Shown piece by piece: positions 26,301 to 39,143 of a stretch of 64,000 nucleotides of DNA (position 1 is the first letter of the stretch; each line of letters begins with the position of its first letter). The position numbers and the translations under genes are program-made. The stretch is from Mytilus californianus (taxonomy: Eukaryota): contig NW_026262690.1 of NCBI RefSeq assembly GCF_021869535.1, forward strand, positions 71,238,001 through 71,302,000, given 5' to 3'. Under the pieces are notes generated by a model. The model did not search any database. It saw only the letters and a list, made by a program, of their open reading frames with translations, and had not been told where the DNA came from.

Positions 26301-29300
26301 AAAAAAGGTTACTTTTATAATATATTGTAGTGATGAAATACATGCAAGGCTTTAGCAGATTAAAATTGTTCAGTAAACAAATTTTCCTAAATTTCTAGGA
26401 GTTATGATAGCAAATTGAATTTGGTTAATTTGTGAAGGAATTTGTGCACATTGCCCTACAATAAGGCATCAAAGGGAAATAACTGGAACTCAAATTATGT
26501 CAATCAAAATATATCTCCATTAACTCACTTTTAAAGCATTATCTTATACCACAAGTTTTAAAAAGATAACTATTAATAACTAGAGGCTCTCAAGAGCCTG
26601 TGTCGCTCACCTGATTCTACTTTGGTTTTGGAAATCATGTAAAAATAGATTAAAATCATAACAGATACCCTAATAATGATTGAGGCCAAATTTGGTTTAA
26701 TATTGGCCCTGTAATTTAATCAAAAGCAGAAGACTTTTGTAAAGTTTACAGAAATTACCAATAAATTCATTGAAATTGTAGAAAATGACTTTAGAGACAA
26801 TAAATCCGACAAGATGTCAATTGACAATTTTGCTCATGTTGACTTATGTGTAGATTTTCTTTTCTTGATATTTTTGCAGTCTACAGTATATTTCAATCTA
26901 TAAAGATACATGTATTTAGGTCTTCATCTTGGATGATGGTTAGGCTACAAAGTAACAACACTTGGTCAGCACTTCATTAGGAACATTCATGCCATCATGG
27001 CATGTTTGGTTTCATTCTATTCAGTAGAAGAAAATATTTGTATGTATTTCCCATTGGGTCCTATGTTAAACTAAGCCCCCCTCTGGCGGCCATCTTGAAT
27101 GATGGATCGGCTTCAAAGTAACAACATTTAATCAGCACCTTCAGGCCATGTGAGCTAAAAAGGGAAATGTGATTCCTTTCATGAAAGGGTTAATCTTAAA
27201 AATTCTGTCTGACACATAAAATAAAGGATGTATTTCCCCTATAATTGAATCAGAAAAAATGTCTAATTCTAAAATTCATATGACAAAATTATATATAAAG
27301 ATGACTCATCTTTTAAAAGTAATCCATTATTGTTTTTCTGTTTGCAGTCTGTTCAAAATAATTGCTTGGATAGCCTTTGTCACAACAGCTATTTCTCACA
27401 TGCAATGTGTAAAAAATGCCAACCTTTGGAAAAGTATTCAATATCAACTCAAGTTGGTTGAAAGTTCTGAGGGAAGATGTGACTGTGGATCCCAAGATTT
27501 GAGTAAGTAAATATATATATATATCTAAACTTTCCTATAAAAGATACACTCAATCAATGTAATGTAATGTTCGTCATTCATTTATTAAGAGGGGCAGGAG
27601 GAACTTTTTCAGGAAGTCAGGATTGGACCTTTATTTTGGGGGGAATTCAGGATTAACACCTATCTGGACTCAGTAATTAAAAATTAATTTTTCAGGATCC
27701 AGAAAAGAATGCTTTAATTTGGGGGGGGGGGGGGGGGGAATTCTGGATCTTTTCAGGAATTGGCGATGACATCCCCTCTTAGATACATACAATTTCCTAT
27801 AGGTCTGTATGAAGAATTTGTAAAGCTCACTGAATTTAAGTTTCCACAAAAAAGAAATTGGTACCCACAAAAATAAATGAATCTACAATACCTTTATTAC
27901 AATAAATGACAAAAACTGACAGTCTTGGTTCCTTACTTTGATCATTTACAATTACCAATGCTGTGAATAAACAGCTTTGAGCTCTACCTCCACCTTTCTT
28001 CAAAGTGAAAGTGAAAAGTAAAATGAAGACAAATAATAAAACAATGCTAATCAAAATAACAACAAACATTCTCGAGTTTAATGACCATAAGTTCTTAAAT
28101 GACAATTCAAAACTGACAATTTATTGTATTCATATGAACTTACATCGCAATATCATTAAGCAGTATTTTTAAATTTTCATGAACTATCTTACAATGTATT
28201 TTATTATTTATTTTAGACAGTCATAAAATGGTTGGGTTTCTAGTCAGAAGTTCCAAGCACATACAAAATTTCAACGGAGTAGTAGTCTATGATACAGTCA
28301 TCACTAATACGGGCAGTAGTTACAATCCTTCTAATGGAAACTTTATCGCCCACTATGAAGGTCTATATTTCATTTCATGGACAACACTTACGGAGCCTAA
28401 CAATTACTTCATTACTGATTTGATACACAATAGTAAACAAATTGTGAGCAATCACGCTTCAGCCAGAGGAGTATCAACAGAGTATATGACAGCTACACAA
28501 AGTGTTGTACTTCAATTAGCAGCAAAGGATGAAGTCTTCATAAAATCACGTGGGACCCAAAAATCTTTGTATGGTCAAGGTTATTCTACATTCACTGGTT
28601 TCAAAATCTAACAGTATTAAAATTGTTGAATAAACATAAATGCAATTAATTTTGTATTTAAGTTATTATTTTCTTTATAAAAAAAACAGTTATTGATATG
28701 AATAAAGAGATGTGAGGTAATGTCAAAGAAAATCAACTCAACAATACAAATAACCAAAAGACATCTAGAAGTCAAGATATAGTCTTCATCAAAAGACATC
28801 TAGAGGTCAAGATACAGTCCTCATCAAAAGACAGGTGTCTATACAATACAGACAAAGCATAAATATACATGTCAAAATACCAAATAATAAAAGTCATTAA
28901 AACAAGTAAGAGACTTGCAGCAGTTTATCTTGAAATCACTCATGTCCATACAATATAGCCACAGGACTTTGTGTCCCATAATCTTTAGAAGGTTGTTTGA
29001 CATGAACATTTCTGTACTTTAAACACACAGGTGCAAATATTGTTCTATATTTTAAAATTGAAAATATGTATCCTATCTTTTTGTCATCATTTGTAAACAC
29101 ATTTCAAATGTAGGAGAACTGTGAATAAACTGTGGAAGGCAGATTTCTGGTCACAGCTGTTTAAGAACAAGGTTCACATTAGGCCAAATATGGCCTTGAA
29201 TTTCTACTTTATCATAAAATTTCTAAATGGCCATAATTTGGTTCTTAAATAGATCTATTTCAAAAACCTTACTACTAGGTTAAACAAATCTCTTCATTAG

Positions 29301-32300
29301 AGTACATTATAGGCTTCAAAGTCAGCACATTTTGGGTATATTGTCAAAAACCATTATTTTGATGATATTGAATCCCTAGACACATAAACTTTCTGCATCA
29401 GGGGTGGCGGCCAGAGTAAATTATTTTAAAACTGTTCAGAATTATTGGAAATTTGACCAAAACTGACATTACAACACAAATGATGCATACTTGAGGGATC
29501 ATTTCTTCTATCATTTTTAAAGTGATTTGCCAAAAAGAAGCTATTTTGTTTAGTTATTTAGTTATACATGTATCACAACCCCAAAATGACAAATGTAAAA
29601 ACAATTCAAAAACGGCCATAAGACTGTTTAAATAATTTTTAATGTTACTATCCTTTATTCCTCATTAGCACCATATCATTTATTAGTAAAAATTATCTAT
29701 TTATTCCAATGCGGATAAAGTCTGAAATAATACAACTTTTTCGATATGTCACAAACCAGTCAAAGCTCTCTGGGACCCTGTTTAAACAATGTTTTGTGCA
29801 TGAAACTTTTCAAAGAGACATGTTAGGACCACCAAAAACACTTTCAAAATTAGGATCATAATCTTAAAATTTCAAAATGTTAAGTTTCTAAACTCGCTCC
29901 TCCCTCAGCTCAATACTAATGACCTTTGTTTATGTGACACTTGACACAAATAGGAAGTTGTCTAGGTTACTGTTTTTTTTCCGGATTGGACTAAATAGCA
30001 TTAGGTGCACATGTATTATAAACCACTTTAGAAATAGGGAAAATGCATACATGTTAACAATACCATAACCACAAGAATTCCATCAAATTTATAAATAACT
30101 TCAAGATAAATATATAAACCGCAAACCTGACACGAAGCTGGCAAAGTTCCCATAATTGGTGACAGTAGATCATAGTTATATCAAAACTCTTTCTATATGA
30201 AATTTATAGTATTTTGGCCTGATTAAAATTGAATCATAATTTCCTGTCCATATGCACATCTACATAGTATGTCCTTATTATCTACACAGTTTCATGAAAT
30301 TCTGTTGTGTGGTTTCAGAGGAGTTGCGATGACAAACTGTTGCAGTAGTATATTGAGGCCAATAAGTTCAAAGGGGCATAACTCCTAGAAAAAAAATTAA
30401 TCATAATTTCCTGTCAATATGCACATCTACATAGTATGTCCTTATTATCTACAAAGTTTCATGAAATTCTGTTGTGTGGTTTCAGAGGAGTTGCGATGAC
30501 AAACTGTTGCAGTAGTATATTGAGGCCAATAAATTCAAAGGGGCATAACTCCTAGAAAAAAAATTAATACATAATTTCTTGTCGATATGCACATCTACAT
30601 AGTATGTCCTTATTATCTACAAAGTTTCATGAAATTCTGTTGTGTGGTTTCAGAGGAATTGCAATGACAAGAACAGGACGGACGGACTGACAGACAGACG
30701 GACAGACAGACGGACGGGCAGACGGACGGGTCAAAAACATTATACCCTCCACAACTTCTTTGCGTGGGTGTAATAAGAAATATACCCAATGCTTTTGTTG
30801 ACCATAAATGAAGTAATTATCTCCCCTTCATAAGCAATATTACCTGAACTGTTCTGGGTACTGTTTCATTAACCATGGAATTTCAAACATGTAATTAAAC
30901 TGAAAATAAACAGAAATAACTGTTAAGATGTGCTGCTACAAAATATTGTGTATACAATTCAAATATTTTTCTAATAATAAAAAAGACACTAGTACTTTAT
31001 AAGAGAGCAAAAGCATGACATCCAGAGTTGTTACTGGCATCAATAATCATATCCGGTTAGCAGATATACTGTGTACCTTTGCAACTTAAAGGTTTCTGAT
31101 CCTTCAAGTCCTTATTTGAAATTTGAATATATTTGCTCCCCAATATATATTCACTAGTTAACATACAGACTACTGCTATGTCAATATAAATAGAACTTGA
31201 TTTAAAGATCACTGCACTCACTTAATATGTTTGTAGCTCTACCTTCTAGCTTTTATCATTGAAAGCTGGTCAATTCTTTTTTTAATATCCATACTCATGT
31301 GGAAATTTATTTGGTGAGTGCAGTGGAATTATCTGAAAATTTTGTCTCACCACTGAAAGAAACTAGAATCTAAAAGCTTTGGTTATTCACAACTGAAATA
31401 AGGCAGTCTAATACTGTAAATAATTCAGAAATTTTTACATGTATTTATTATCCTGATTGTTGAACAATTGACAAAAATGTGAGATTAATAATTACCTTTT
31501 AAGGAAATGTTGCTTACAAATAAGGCTATCAAAGTTAAAATACTAGTTTTTATTTTTCAGGAAACCTATCTTGTCACAATTTTGGCAATTCTAAAAGCAT
31601 TGCATTAATTTTGAGAATTTACAGTTCTCCTATAGGTGCGATACATGAATCTCTGAATACTGTATTGTCCAAAATGATTTGTGTTCTCAAAACTTATAAA
31701 TATCCAATAACATATAATTTGATTTGTAAAGGTAAGTAGAACTGTAAAATTGTCAATACATAATATACTGTTTGTCAAATAGTCAGATTTTAAGATATGA
31801 TGCAAAAAGGAAGTAATGCAATATATTGTATGGCACATTATTTCTCATCTGCATTTATATTGTTCATTAAGATGCATGTATTATAACATAAATCTGAATT
31901 TGTGAGCAAAATTCATACACTAAATAATAATTATCCCATAAATATACTAACAGACTGTACATTTTGTAATAAGGTGAATGAGGGCAATGCTTCAGATCAA
32001 TTTATTCTTATAATATAAAAATAAGGAGATGTGGTATGATTTCTAATGCAATGTGACAACTCTCCGACAGAGACTAAATGACATAGAAGTTAGCAACTAT
32101 AGGTCACTGTATGACCTTCAACAATGATCAAAACCCATACCACAAAGCAAGCTAAAGGCCCTGAAATGACAAATATAAAACAATTCAAACGAGAAAACTA
32201 ACGGCCATAAGACTGTTTAAATAATTTTTAAGGTTATTATCCTTTGTTCATCATTAGCAACATATCATTTATCAGTAAAAAACAGAATGATCTACCACTG

Positions 32301-35300
32301 TTAAAATACATGTAGTCAAAATGCTGATATAACCACAAGAATTCCATCAAATTTATGAATAACTTCAAGATAAATGTATAAACCACAAACCTGGCACGAA
32401 GCTTGCAAAGTTCCCATAATTGGTGACAGTATATCTGAAATAAAAAACTCAGATAATTATAGTATTTTAAGAAACCCATTTAAAATTTTTGAAATCAGCT
32501 ATTTTCAAGCACAGGTTGACATTAATTAGCATTTTCTGAGTTTGTAAGTTGAAAATAAATATGTGATTCAAAAGAAAGGTGCTGTCCATGAAATCCTTAG
32601 AAATTAAAATATGAGCACGAAACAGCATTTTAAATAGCTGTTGCTTCACATAAGAAAACATGTTCTTCAAACAATGAGAAATTGCCAAATATATAAAAGA
32701 AAAAATGTCTTTCATCTGTATTGACCAGGTTTATATATTATTATTTATGTTTAGAATTGATTTGATACACCATTTTTCATTCATTAGTCTGTTTATATCA
32801 GTTGTTTTCAAATCGTTTGATGTTATTGAGCTTTTAATTTTGCCATTTGGGTCAATATCCCTCATGGACCTTGAGATGAGGAACACAGATTTATGACTCT
32901 CATTAAAAAATTAGTCCGCCATACAATTGTGGAAGCTGTGATTTTAAAAATTGACATAAATGAACTAGGACTGGTGTTTTATAGAGCTGATGTGATGTGA
33001 AAAAAAGTATAAAAAAATAAACCTGAACAAATAATTACAAAGGATATATTTTTTAATGATTTTTATGGTCAGAATTTTGGGATTATTTCCTGAGGAGAGT
33101 GACATTTTTCACTATCTTTCGGGGTTGGGCACTTGACGGGAAAACGAATCACACTTGCCACCCCGAAAATCGCACCACACATGTGCAAGTGTCTCAGCTT
33201 CAAAATGAGCCATCATACATATCCAAGTTTACGATATGGCCTGAGCAACAGAAGAAAACATTAACATTACCGCCTATGGAGAATCTATTACGCATATTGC
33301 CCCATTGAATAAGGGACTTTCCTTTATGAATTTTCCATGACGTTCAGTATTTTTGTTATTTTACTTTTTTCTACTTAAGGTGACCAAATGCACAGACAAT
33401 AAACATGTAACGATAATATCAACTAATTTGTGTGTATTTTGAAACAATTTCCAGTTTCAAATAAAAGGGTAAGTTAGGTAATGTTCCCATAGCAAAAGTA
33501 ACAAAAATGCACTTTGTCCTGCTTAGCATACCCCCACACGTAATTCAAAGTATCGTAAAACAAGAAGTATGCGTTTGACAGATCTGACACACACATTAGA
33601 ACTCATCAATGTTGAACTGCTGAACAATTATGAATTCATTCTGTTGAGTAGTTTCTGAGGAAAGTTTTAAGTATATTCAACATATTGAAAAAATCAAAGT
33701 ATCGGCACACAGGGAGTAGGTATCTTACAGATCCAAAAAGTCTTTGTTGAAACTCATCAGTGTTGAGTTGTTCACCAAATATCAAGTCATTTGATTAACC
33801 AGTTTCTGAGATAAGTGTAACAAAAATATTTGTTGGACGAACAGACGGACAGACAGACAATTAATTGCAGTACTAGTATAATCCCCACTTTTAGAGTGGG
33901 AGTATAATTACATGAAAGTTGACAAGACACACAGCACTTGTAGAAATGCAAATTATAGATATGTTTATGTCATATTATGATATATGTAGTAAATGATAGA
34001 TGATATATGACTGATTATGGTGTACATATACACCATATGGTATTGCCTTTAGTACAAGATGAATTACCAATAACACTGGAATTTTTATTCAAGATTAAAT
34101 ATCTTCTCTCACCTTTGATATCCATTGCTAAGACTTGGTTGTATTGGCTCTCTATACCATGGACTTTGGTTAAGAAGAAGCTATATGGTTGACCTTCACT
34201 ATAGACCTGATCTGGAGACAGACGACCTGTTATGGATATCCTTGGTTTTTTTCTTGGTGGCGATTCTTCTCTGGTTCTACCACTCCCTGGTGTTTGTTGT
34301 TTATCATCTGAAACAAGGCATGTTTCCTGAAGAATGTGATTTTATGGTACTTAACTGAAATCAAGCTATAATATCTTTACTTATGTGTAACAAGAGTGAA
34401 CAATCAGACGTCTCAACTGTATGTTGAAATTCTATTTAATTTTGATGAAGGACAAACTCTACTACATGTAAAGCTATGGTGAAACATACTGTTAGAAAAA
34501 AGAATTTATTTTAAGTGAACCGATGAACCATGAAAATGTTTCAAAAGTCAGGAGGTGACTCCATCAAAAAGAAATACACATCTTGTTTATCAAATATAAT
34601 TAGACTATTATCAATAAAGTTACATAAAAAATTCCTATCTATAAACAACACCCAATATGTATAAATGAACCACAAAAATGAGGTGAACCCTGTTAAACAG
34701 TTATGTTCACTTTACAATGATTTTGAAGGTAAAAAAGAAATAAGTAGTTGACCTGTTACTTCAGAACTGCTCTAATTATAAAAGTTCAACATTCAACACC
34801 AAATCGTGAAAATTAAGTCAATTATATAGACCTATTACTTTAATAAATAAAATTATGAAAAACTATCATGATTACCAAACCTAATATGATTTTTTAAATC
34901 ATGAATATAAAATCATGTTTAGGTTTAACAGAGACACTTAAACCTTATATTTATGATTCTGTAGACAAATTACATTTGATTTAATCCTTTTTACATATTA
35001 TAACTGAAAAATTAATCTTGCCATGTGACTAAACAATGAAATGAAGCAAGCAAACCAACCAGAACTCGATTAGTAATTCTTCACCACATTCACTGAGTTG
35101 GCATACCTTATAAAAAGTTATAATAAATGTTAATTTTGTACATAATTAACAAGTTATAATAAATGTTATTTTTTTTATTTAAATAACAAGTCATTATAAA
35201 TGTTGATTTGTACATAAATAACAAGTTATAGTAAATGTTAGTTTTGTACATTGATAATTAATAAATGGTCTTTTGTTGAAATATTTACTACTATCTGATA

Positions 35301-36365
35301 TGTGAGGCATTCACAATCTTTTTCAATTTTCTCTGATGTAAATAATGATAGAATTATGTGTACATGTATGCAGCATTTCCTGAAATCGCAATAACCAATC
35401 TCACATTTTTGTCCATTTTTCAACAATAATACACAAATTTCAGAATTTAAAGTACATAACTAAATCTTATATGTTTATTTAGCTATTTAATTACCTGGAT
35501 GGCTGAATTCTTGAAGATGAGATGGATTTTTCCTGTAACATTTTGACCCATACTGACAAGGAGGTCTCTTTCTACTAACTGTCTTCTTTTCCTCTTCAAG
35601 TAAAACTGTCTGTTTCCTCTTCAACCCACTAGATGGTGAGGATTTATACTCAGAATGTTTGCCTTTCTCTACTGGGCTGTCAAATCTATTTTTAATATCA
35701 ACATTTTTGGCCTCTGGACTGGAATCAATCTTATCTAACCAGTTTTCTATTTCTGTAAATGACTTAGTTTTTTTCTCAGAGGACTTAGTCAAACTTTCTG
35801 ATGTCAGCTTTGTCCTCTTGTTTAGTGACTTAGACAAAGTTTCTGGTGACAACTTTGTCTTCTTGTCGATTGACTTAGTCAAAGTTTCTGGTGATGGCTT
35901 TGTTCTTTTGTCAAGTGACTTAATCGAAGTTTCTGAAGATGGCTTTGTTCTCTTGTCAAGTGACTTAGTCAAAGTTTCTGATGATGGCTTTGTTCTGTTG
36001 TCTAGTGACTTTGACAAACTTTCAGATGATGATTTTGCTGACTTATCTAGTGACTTAGTCAAAGTTTCTGATGATTTTTTACTTTGTTTAACAAATGATT
36101 TACATTCGTTTTGTTCCAATGTGGATTTCGATGAGTTAAGGAATGAAGATTTTCCTTTCCCTTTAGAGGTCCCTTTCAAAATGAAATATTCTTCACTTTC
36201 CTCTTCAGACTCTGAAATCTCATGAACTTCACTTCTTCTTTTACTTAAAGATGGAAGCTTTACCTGTGACTTGTGTGGCGATTCAGTGGTCAAGTCACTA
36301 TCCTCTGGTCCAACAGTAATATCCGAATCTGTATCTGATACATGATGACCTCCCTGTGCAGACAT
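17319..36365 (-). CDS. TDP1: tyrosyl-DNA phosphodiesterase 1 with N-terminal tandem repeats and a PBZ zinc finger
   Basis: 14 coding exons (minus strand): 36365-35495, 34307-34113, 32434-32391, 30899-30844, 24535-24439, 23961-23927, 22981-22889, 22210-22031, 21527-21266, 20701-20586, 19246-19139, 18651-18549, 17759-17663, 17392-17319 = 2331 nt, 776 aa. Both catalytic HxK motifs present (YGTHHT|KMM and AMPHIKSY), plus [58 protein letters not shown] and C-terminal DRPWIWD...GNMWCPS*. An acceptor (TTTTTGTAG) before 36384 implies an upstream non-coding exon. Confidence 0.96.
22597..22873 (-). mobile_element. abundant SINE-like interspersed repeat (family A)
   Basis: AAGAAGATGTGGTATGATTGC-AATGAGACAACTCTCCACAAGAGACC...GGCCTTCAACAATGAGCAAA-CCCATACCGCATAGTCAGCTATAAAAGGCCCC; further copies at about 14020/15615-15910, 32020-32215 and 48755-49130. 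Confidence 0.75.
25990..25996 (+). promoter_or_regulatory. candidate TATA box of the nested C1q-domain gene
   Basis: TATAAAA about 80 nt upstream of the inferred ATG at 26072; weak evidence in an AT-rich background. Confidence 0.3.
26072..28611 (+). CDS. secreted C1q-domain-containing protein (signal peptide, short linker, globular C1q head), nested antisense in TDP1 intron 4
   Basis: Exon 28217-28611 encodes a gC1q domain (VGFLVR...[35 protein letters not shown]...[14 protein letters not shown]...YSTFTGFKI*). Exon 27348-27502 encodes a hydrophobic signal ([16 protein letters not shown]) and splices in phase. The first exon is inferred as ATG AG|GTAGGA at 26072-26076, giving MSLFKII... and 184 aa; this start exon is less certain than the other two. 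Confidence 0.88.
26578..27161 (-). mobile_element. internally reduced copy of the same HINE family, in C1q intron 1 / TDP1 intron 4
   Basis: First ~130 bp nearly identical to 14078 onward; only about 1.5 of the 166-bp monomers; ends GTGAGCTAAAAA. Confidence 0.8.
28629..28634 (+). terminator. polyadenylation signal AATAAA of the C1q-domain gene
   Basis: AATAAA 18 nt after the TAA stop. Confidence 0.5.
30127..30170 (-). pseudogene. pseudo-exon: duplicate of TDP1 coding exon 3 lacking its splice acceptor
   Basis: 41/44 nt identical to 32391-32434 ([15 protein letters not shown] vs [15 protein letters not shown]); donor GT kept, acceptor CAG replaced by ATG; adjacent intron sequence also duplicated (about 29581-29690 and 30063-30126 vs 32161-32390). 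Confidence 0.85.
30172..30778 (-). mobile_element. 3'-truncated HINE/DINE-1-like element with a 167-bp array (about 2.7 copies) and (GTCC/GTCT)n
   Basis: Monomer period 167 (30233, 30400, about 30567); (GACG/GACA)n at about 30675-30730; CATTATACCCTCC...GGGTGTAATAA end palindrome. Confidence 0.75.
35496..35567 (-). other. PBZ (poly(ADP-ribose)-binding zinc finger) motif within TDP1
   Basis: [24 protein letters not shown] fits the PBZ consensus [KR]xxCx[FY]GxxCx[KR][KR]xxxHxxx[FY]xH. Confidence 0.9.
35742..36101 (-). repeat. coding minisatellite in TDP1: 45-bp (15-aa) unit, 8 copies, consensus [15 protein letters not shown]
   Basis: aa 89-208: [120 protein letters not shown]. Confidence 0.93.
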
Positions 36366-38193
36366 AAGTTTAAAATGTCAATTTCTACAAAAAAATTATG
36401 AAATAAATAATTTGATATTGATATATATGATGTCATAACTAAAATAACGTCACAAATAAAATCCCTTACAACAGAACCAAAATCGGAAACGTTACATTAT
36501 TTCGTTTCTTTTTTTAGAACTTAAAATATGTTTGAAATATTAAAAAAAATAATTTATATAGACTTCGTCCCCTTTCACAGGTAATGCCTGCCTCATATTA
36601 ATTCAACAAGTATTTGAAAAAAATATGGTGCGAACAAACCCAGGAGGCGAAAGTGTGGGGAGCGAACAGACCTGATACTAGATAACAGTAGAAAAATCAA
36701 TATAAAAATCAATTTACTAATGAACTCAAAATCGTTTACTTTTTTCTAACAGTTGCACTTGCACAATACCCTGTTCCTGTTCTGTTGATGGATGCTGCCA
36801 TGTTGCAAGTCATGATTTCCAGAAAATTTGTATATATGATTACTAAAAAGAATAATGACAACATTACAAGGAAAAAAATTGTTATATGTCGTCGAAAATA
36901 ATATTTTGAATACCTCGTCCTCTTTCACAGCTAACACCTGCCTCATATTAACATGAGCATTGTGACATGGCAAATGTACTGGAAAATGCACAAATTCGAA
37001 AGTGGTCTTTTGTAGAAGAAAGAACAATTTGTACTTTATCGTTTAGTTTATGACAATTGTACTATTTTAGTTACTTAAATTGACTTCTTCCTGATTGAAA
37101 GATTACACCTTTGAGCTCTCTCAAATAATTTAGCTGTTCAGGTTATTATTTTATTTCATTGAACAATCTGTTGCCTTCTCCAAACCAACATGGTTAATGC
37201 AAAGGCGCATACATTATATGAGGGATTTGTGTGATTGTTTCGAAGGGAGATGTAAGCAGTTGTCTTTTGTCATTTGAGTTCTGAAGTTGACACTGACAAA
37301 TTTGATTAAGTTGTCATTAGTTTGTTTTAAAAAACTCACACATGTGCCAAATCAGCATTTGTTTACTATTTATTTTCGGATTTTAATATTTCATGTAAAC
37401 CTCTAACTATTTTATTTTGACAAACGGTTACCAAAGGATGTCAATTTATATAACAATTAATGATTTATTCAAGTTCATTTTATTCTAATACATAAGTTTT
37501 CTTTTAAATACGAAACCATCCAATTGTTAATGTCAACAAAAATGGTGGACAGGAATGAACATTAAACAAATTATTCTAAAAGAAAATGATATTTTCAGAT
37601 ATATAAAAAACTAAAGAAGCCAAAATTAGCAAACTTTGAACCTTTTATTTAAAAAAATAATTGAAGTCTGCATTTTACCTACTTAAATCACCGCATGGTA
37701 AGTAAAAAGAGAGTTTAAAGTGCCTTGGCCATGTTCGAACATGCATTTTCCCAGCGGGTTAATTACTTTTGATATTTAAAAACGAATTAAAGACGTCTTG
37801 GGTCTGTCAAATAAAATTGGAAACCCATCCAACTAAAAGATTCCTAGATTTTCTATCTTTTTAAAACAGTAATCACAAATTGAAAAAGACACCAACATGA
37901 CCAAGATGTACAGATAGTTATAATTGTAAAATATTGCAGTTTTAAAATGTTAATATCTAAGAGAGAACTTTATGTGTTGCCCAACACTGCACAAAGCTTT
38001 GGCACGAATCCTGGCCCTTACTTGATGTGACAAACGGTAATGTCTAGCTAGCTAGCCCTGATGTTTTATAATTTTCTCTGGCAGTGATACAGGAATTATT
38101 ATAAAGTTTTCCTGGATGGTTCTCTCTTGGGACTCCAGCTTCCTCCACCATTAAAATCTGACTTCCACGATGTAGCCAATAGTGCTGAAATTG

Positions 38194-39143
38194 CATACCT
38201 GTCAACTGACCCAGATCCTGCGGGTGTGACCCAAGATTTTCACAATTCTGAGGGGTCACCCGGGACACCCGCGGGGTGGCCAAATAACCAGGGAATTCGA
38301 AAAATAACCCGTTTTCACCCGGATTCCTAAGCCTTCAGTCTGATTTCATATAAAGTGATTTTCCTTTGAAAATTGAAATCCCGGCAAATTCGTAATTCTT
38401 CCTGGACAAGAAGTTCAACTAGCTGTGTTAACTCAAACCAAGTGACCCATTTCAGTGCATGGCTTCACTTGACAGCTTTGGAGTCAAACACACTGTTAAT
38501 TGACACCAATTACCTTAGCTTTAGGTCGTAAATAATGTGTATTTCAAAGTTGTTTTAAAAACAATTTGATTTACTTCCCCTTTTTTGTCAATTCACAATA
38601 TACTCCTTCAACTTATGTTTTTTTTTTGTAAAAATTTAAATCTAAAATGAATTGAATGCAAAAAACATATCAGAATAATACTTTTACTTATTTTTCTACC
38701 TTAGAACAATTAAAAAATAAAAATTTTGAAAATTACTTTTTTCGTCTATACTTTAATTGTTTAACTTTATTTTACTATATTCTAATTATATATAATATCA
38801 ACATATGATATTTTCTAATTTTGAAAAGCTGCACAGATGTATGTAAAGAAAACACAAATTGGCACATTGCATGTCATGGAATGAATATGAAAAGGAATTA
38901 AGGCAGTGGAATATAAATCTATCAATGGCCTTCAAGTGCAATGAAATAATAATATGTACAATTTTAAATTACTTAACCATGTGGACATGTTTTGGAAACT
39001 TTGATATAAATTATAAGAAAAATGTCCTCTAAGTACTGAAATTCAACTCGAAAAGTTTGTACGCGTTATAATTATGACCTGAGATTTCAGTCTTCTATGC
39101 AGGTCATGACCTGCATTTTCATTGTCATAGGTTGACAGGTATG
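38194..39143. mobile_element. 950-bp non-autonomous DNA transposon with 13-bp TIR and 6-bp TSD, inserted into a V-SINE-like fragment
   Basis: AAATTG-[CATACCTGTCAAC...GTTGACAGGTATG]-AAATTG; the flanks rejoin as SINE sequence ...CTTCCTCCACCATTAAAATCTGACTTCCACGATGTAGCCAATAGTGCTGAAATTGGCCTTAAACACCAACAATCAATCAA. Confidence 0.85.

Noticed and set aside
27721-27738. 18-nt poly-G run (G-quadruplex candidate) in C1q intron 2
   Set aside because: Internal to a small TIR element (AGAGGGG...CCCCTCT); homopolymer length is unreliable and nothing indicates function.
31222-31332. 111-nt CAG...GTGAGT-bounded segment in TDP1 intron 3 with an in-frame stop (poison exon candidate)
   Set aside because: The polypyrimidine tract is weak and such site pairs occur by chance; unsupported without transcript data.
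35659-36225. 188-aa plus-strand ORF
   Set aside because: Antisense shadow of the repetitive TDP1 coding exon.
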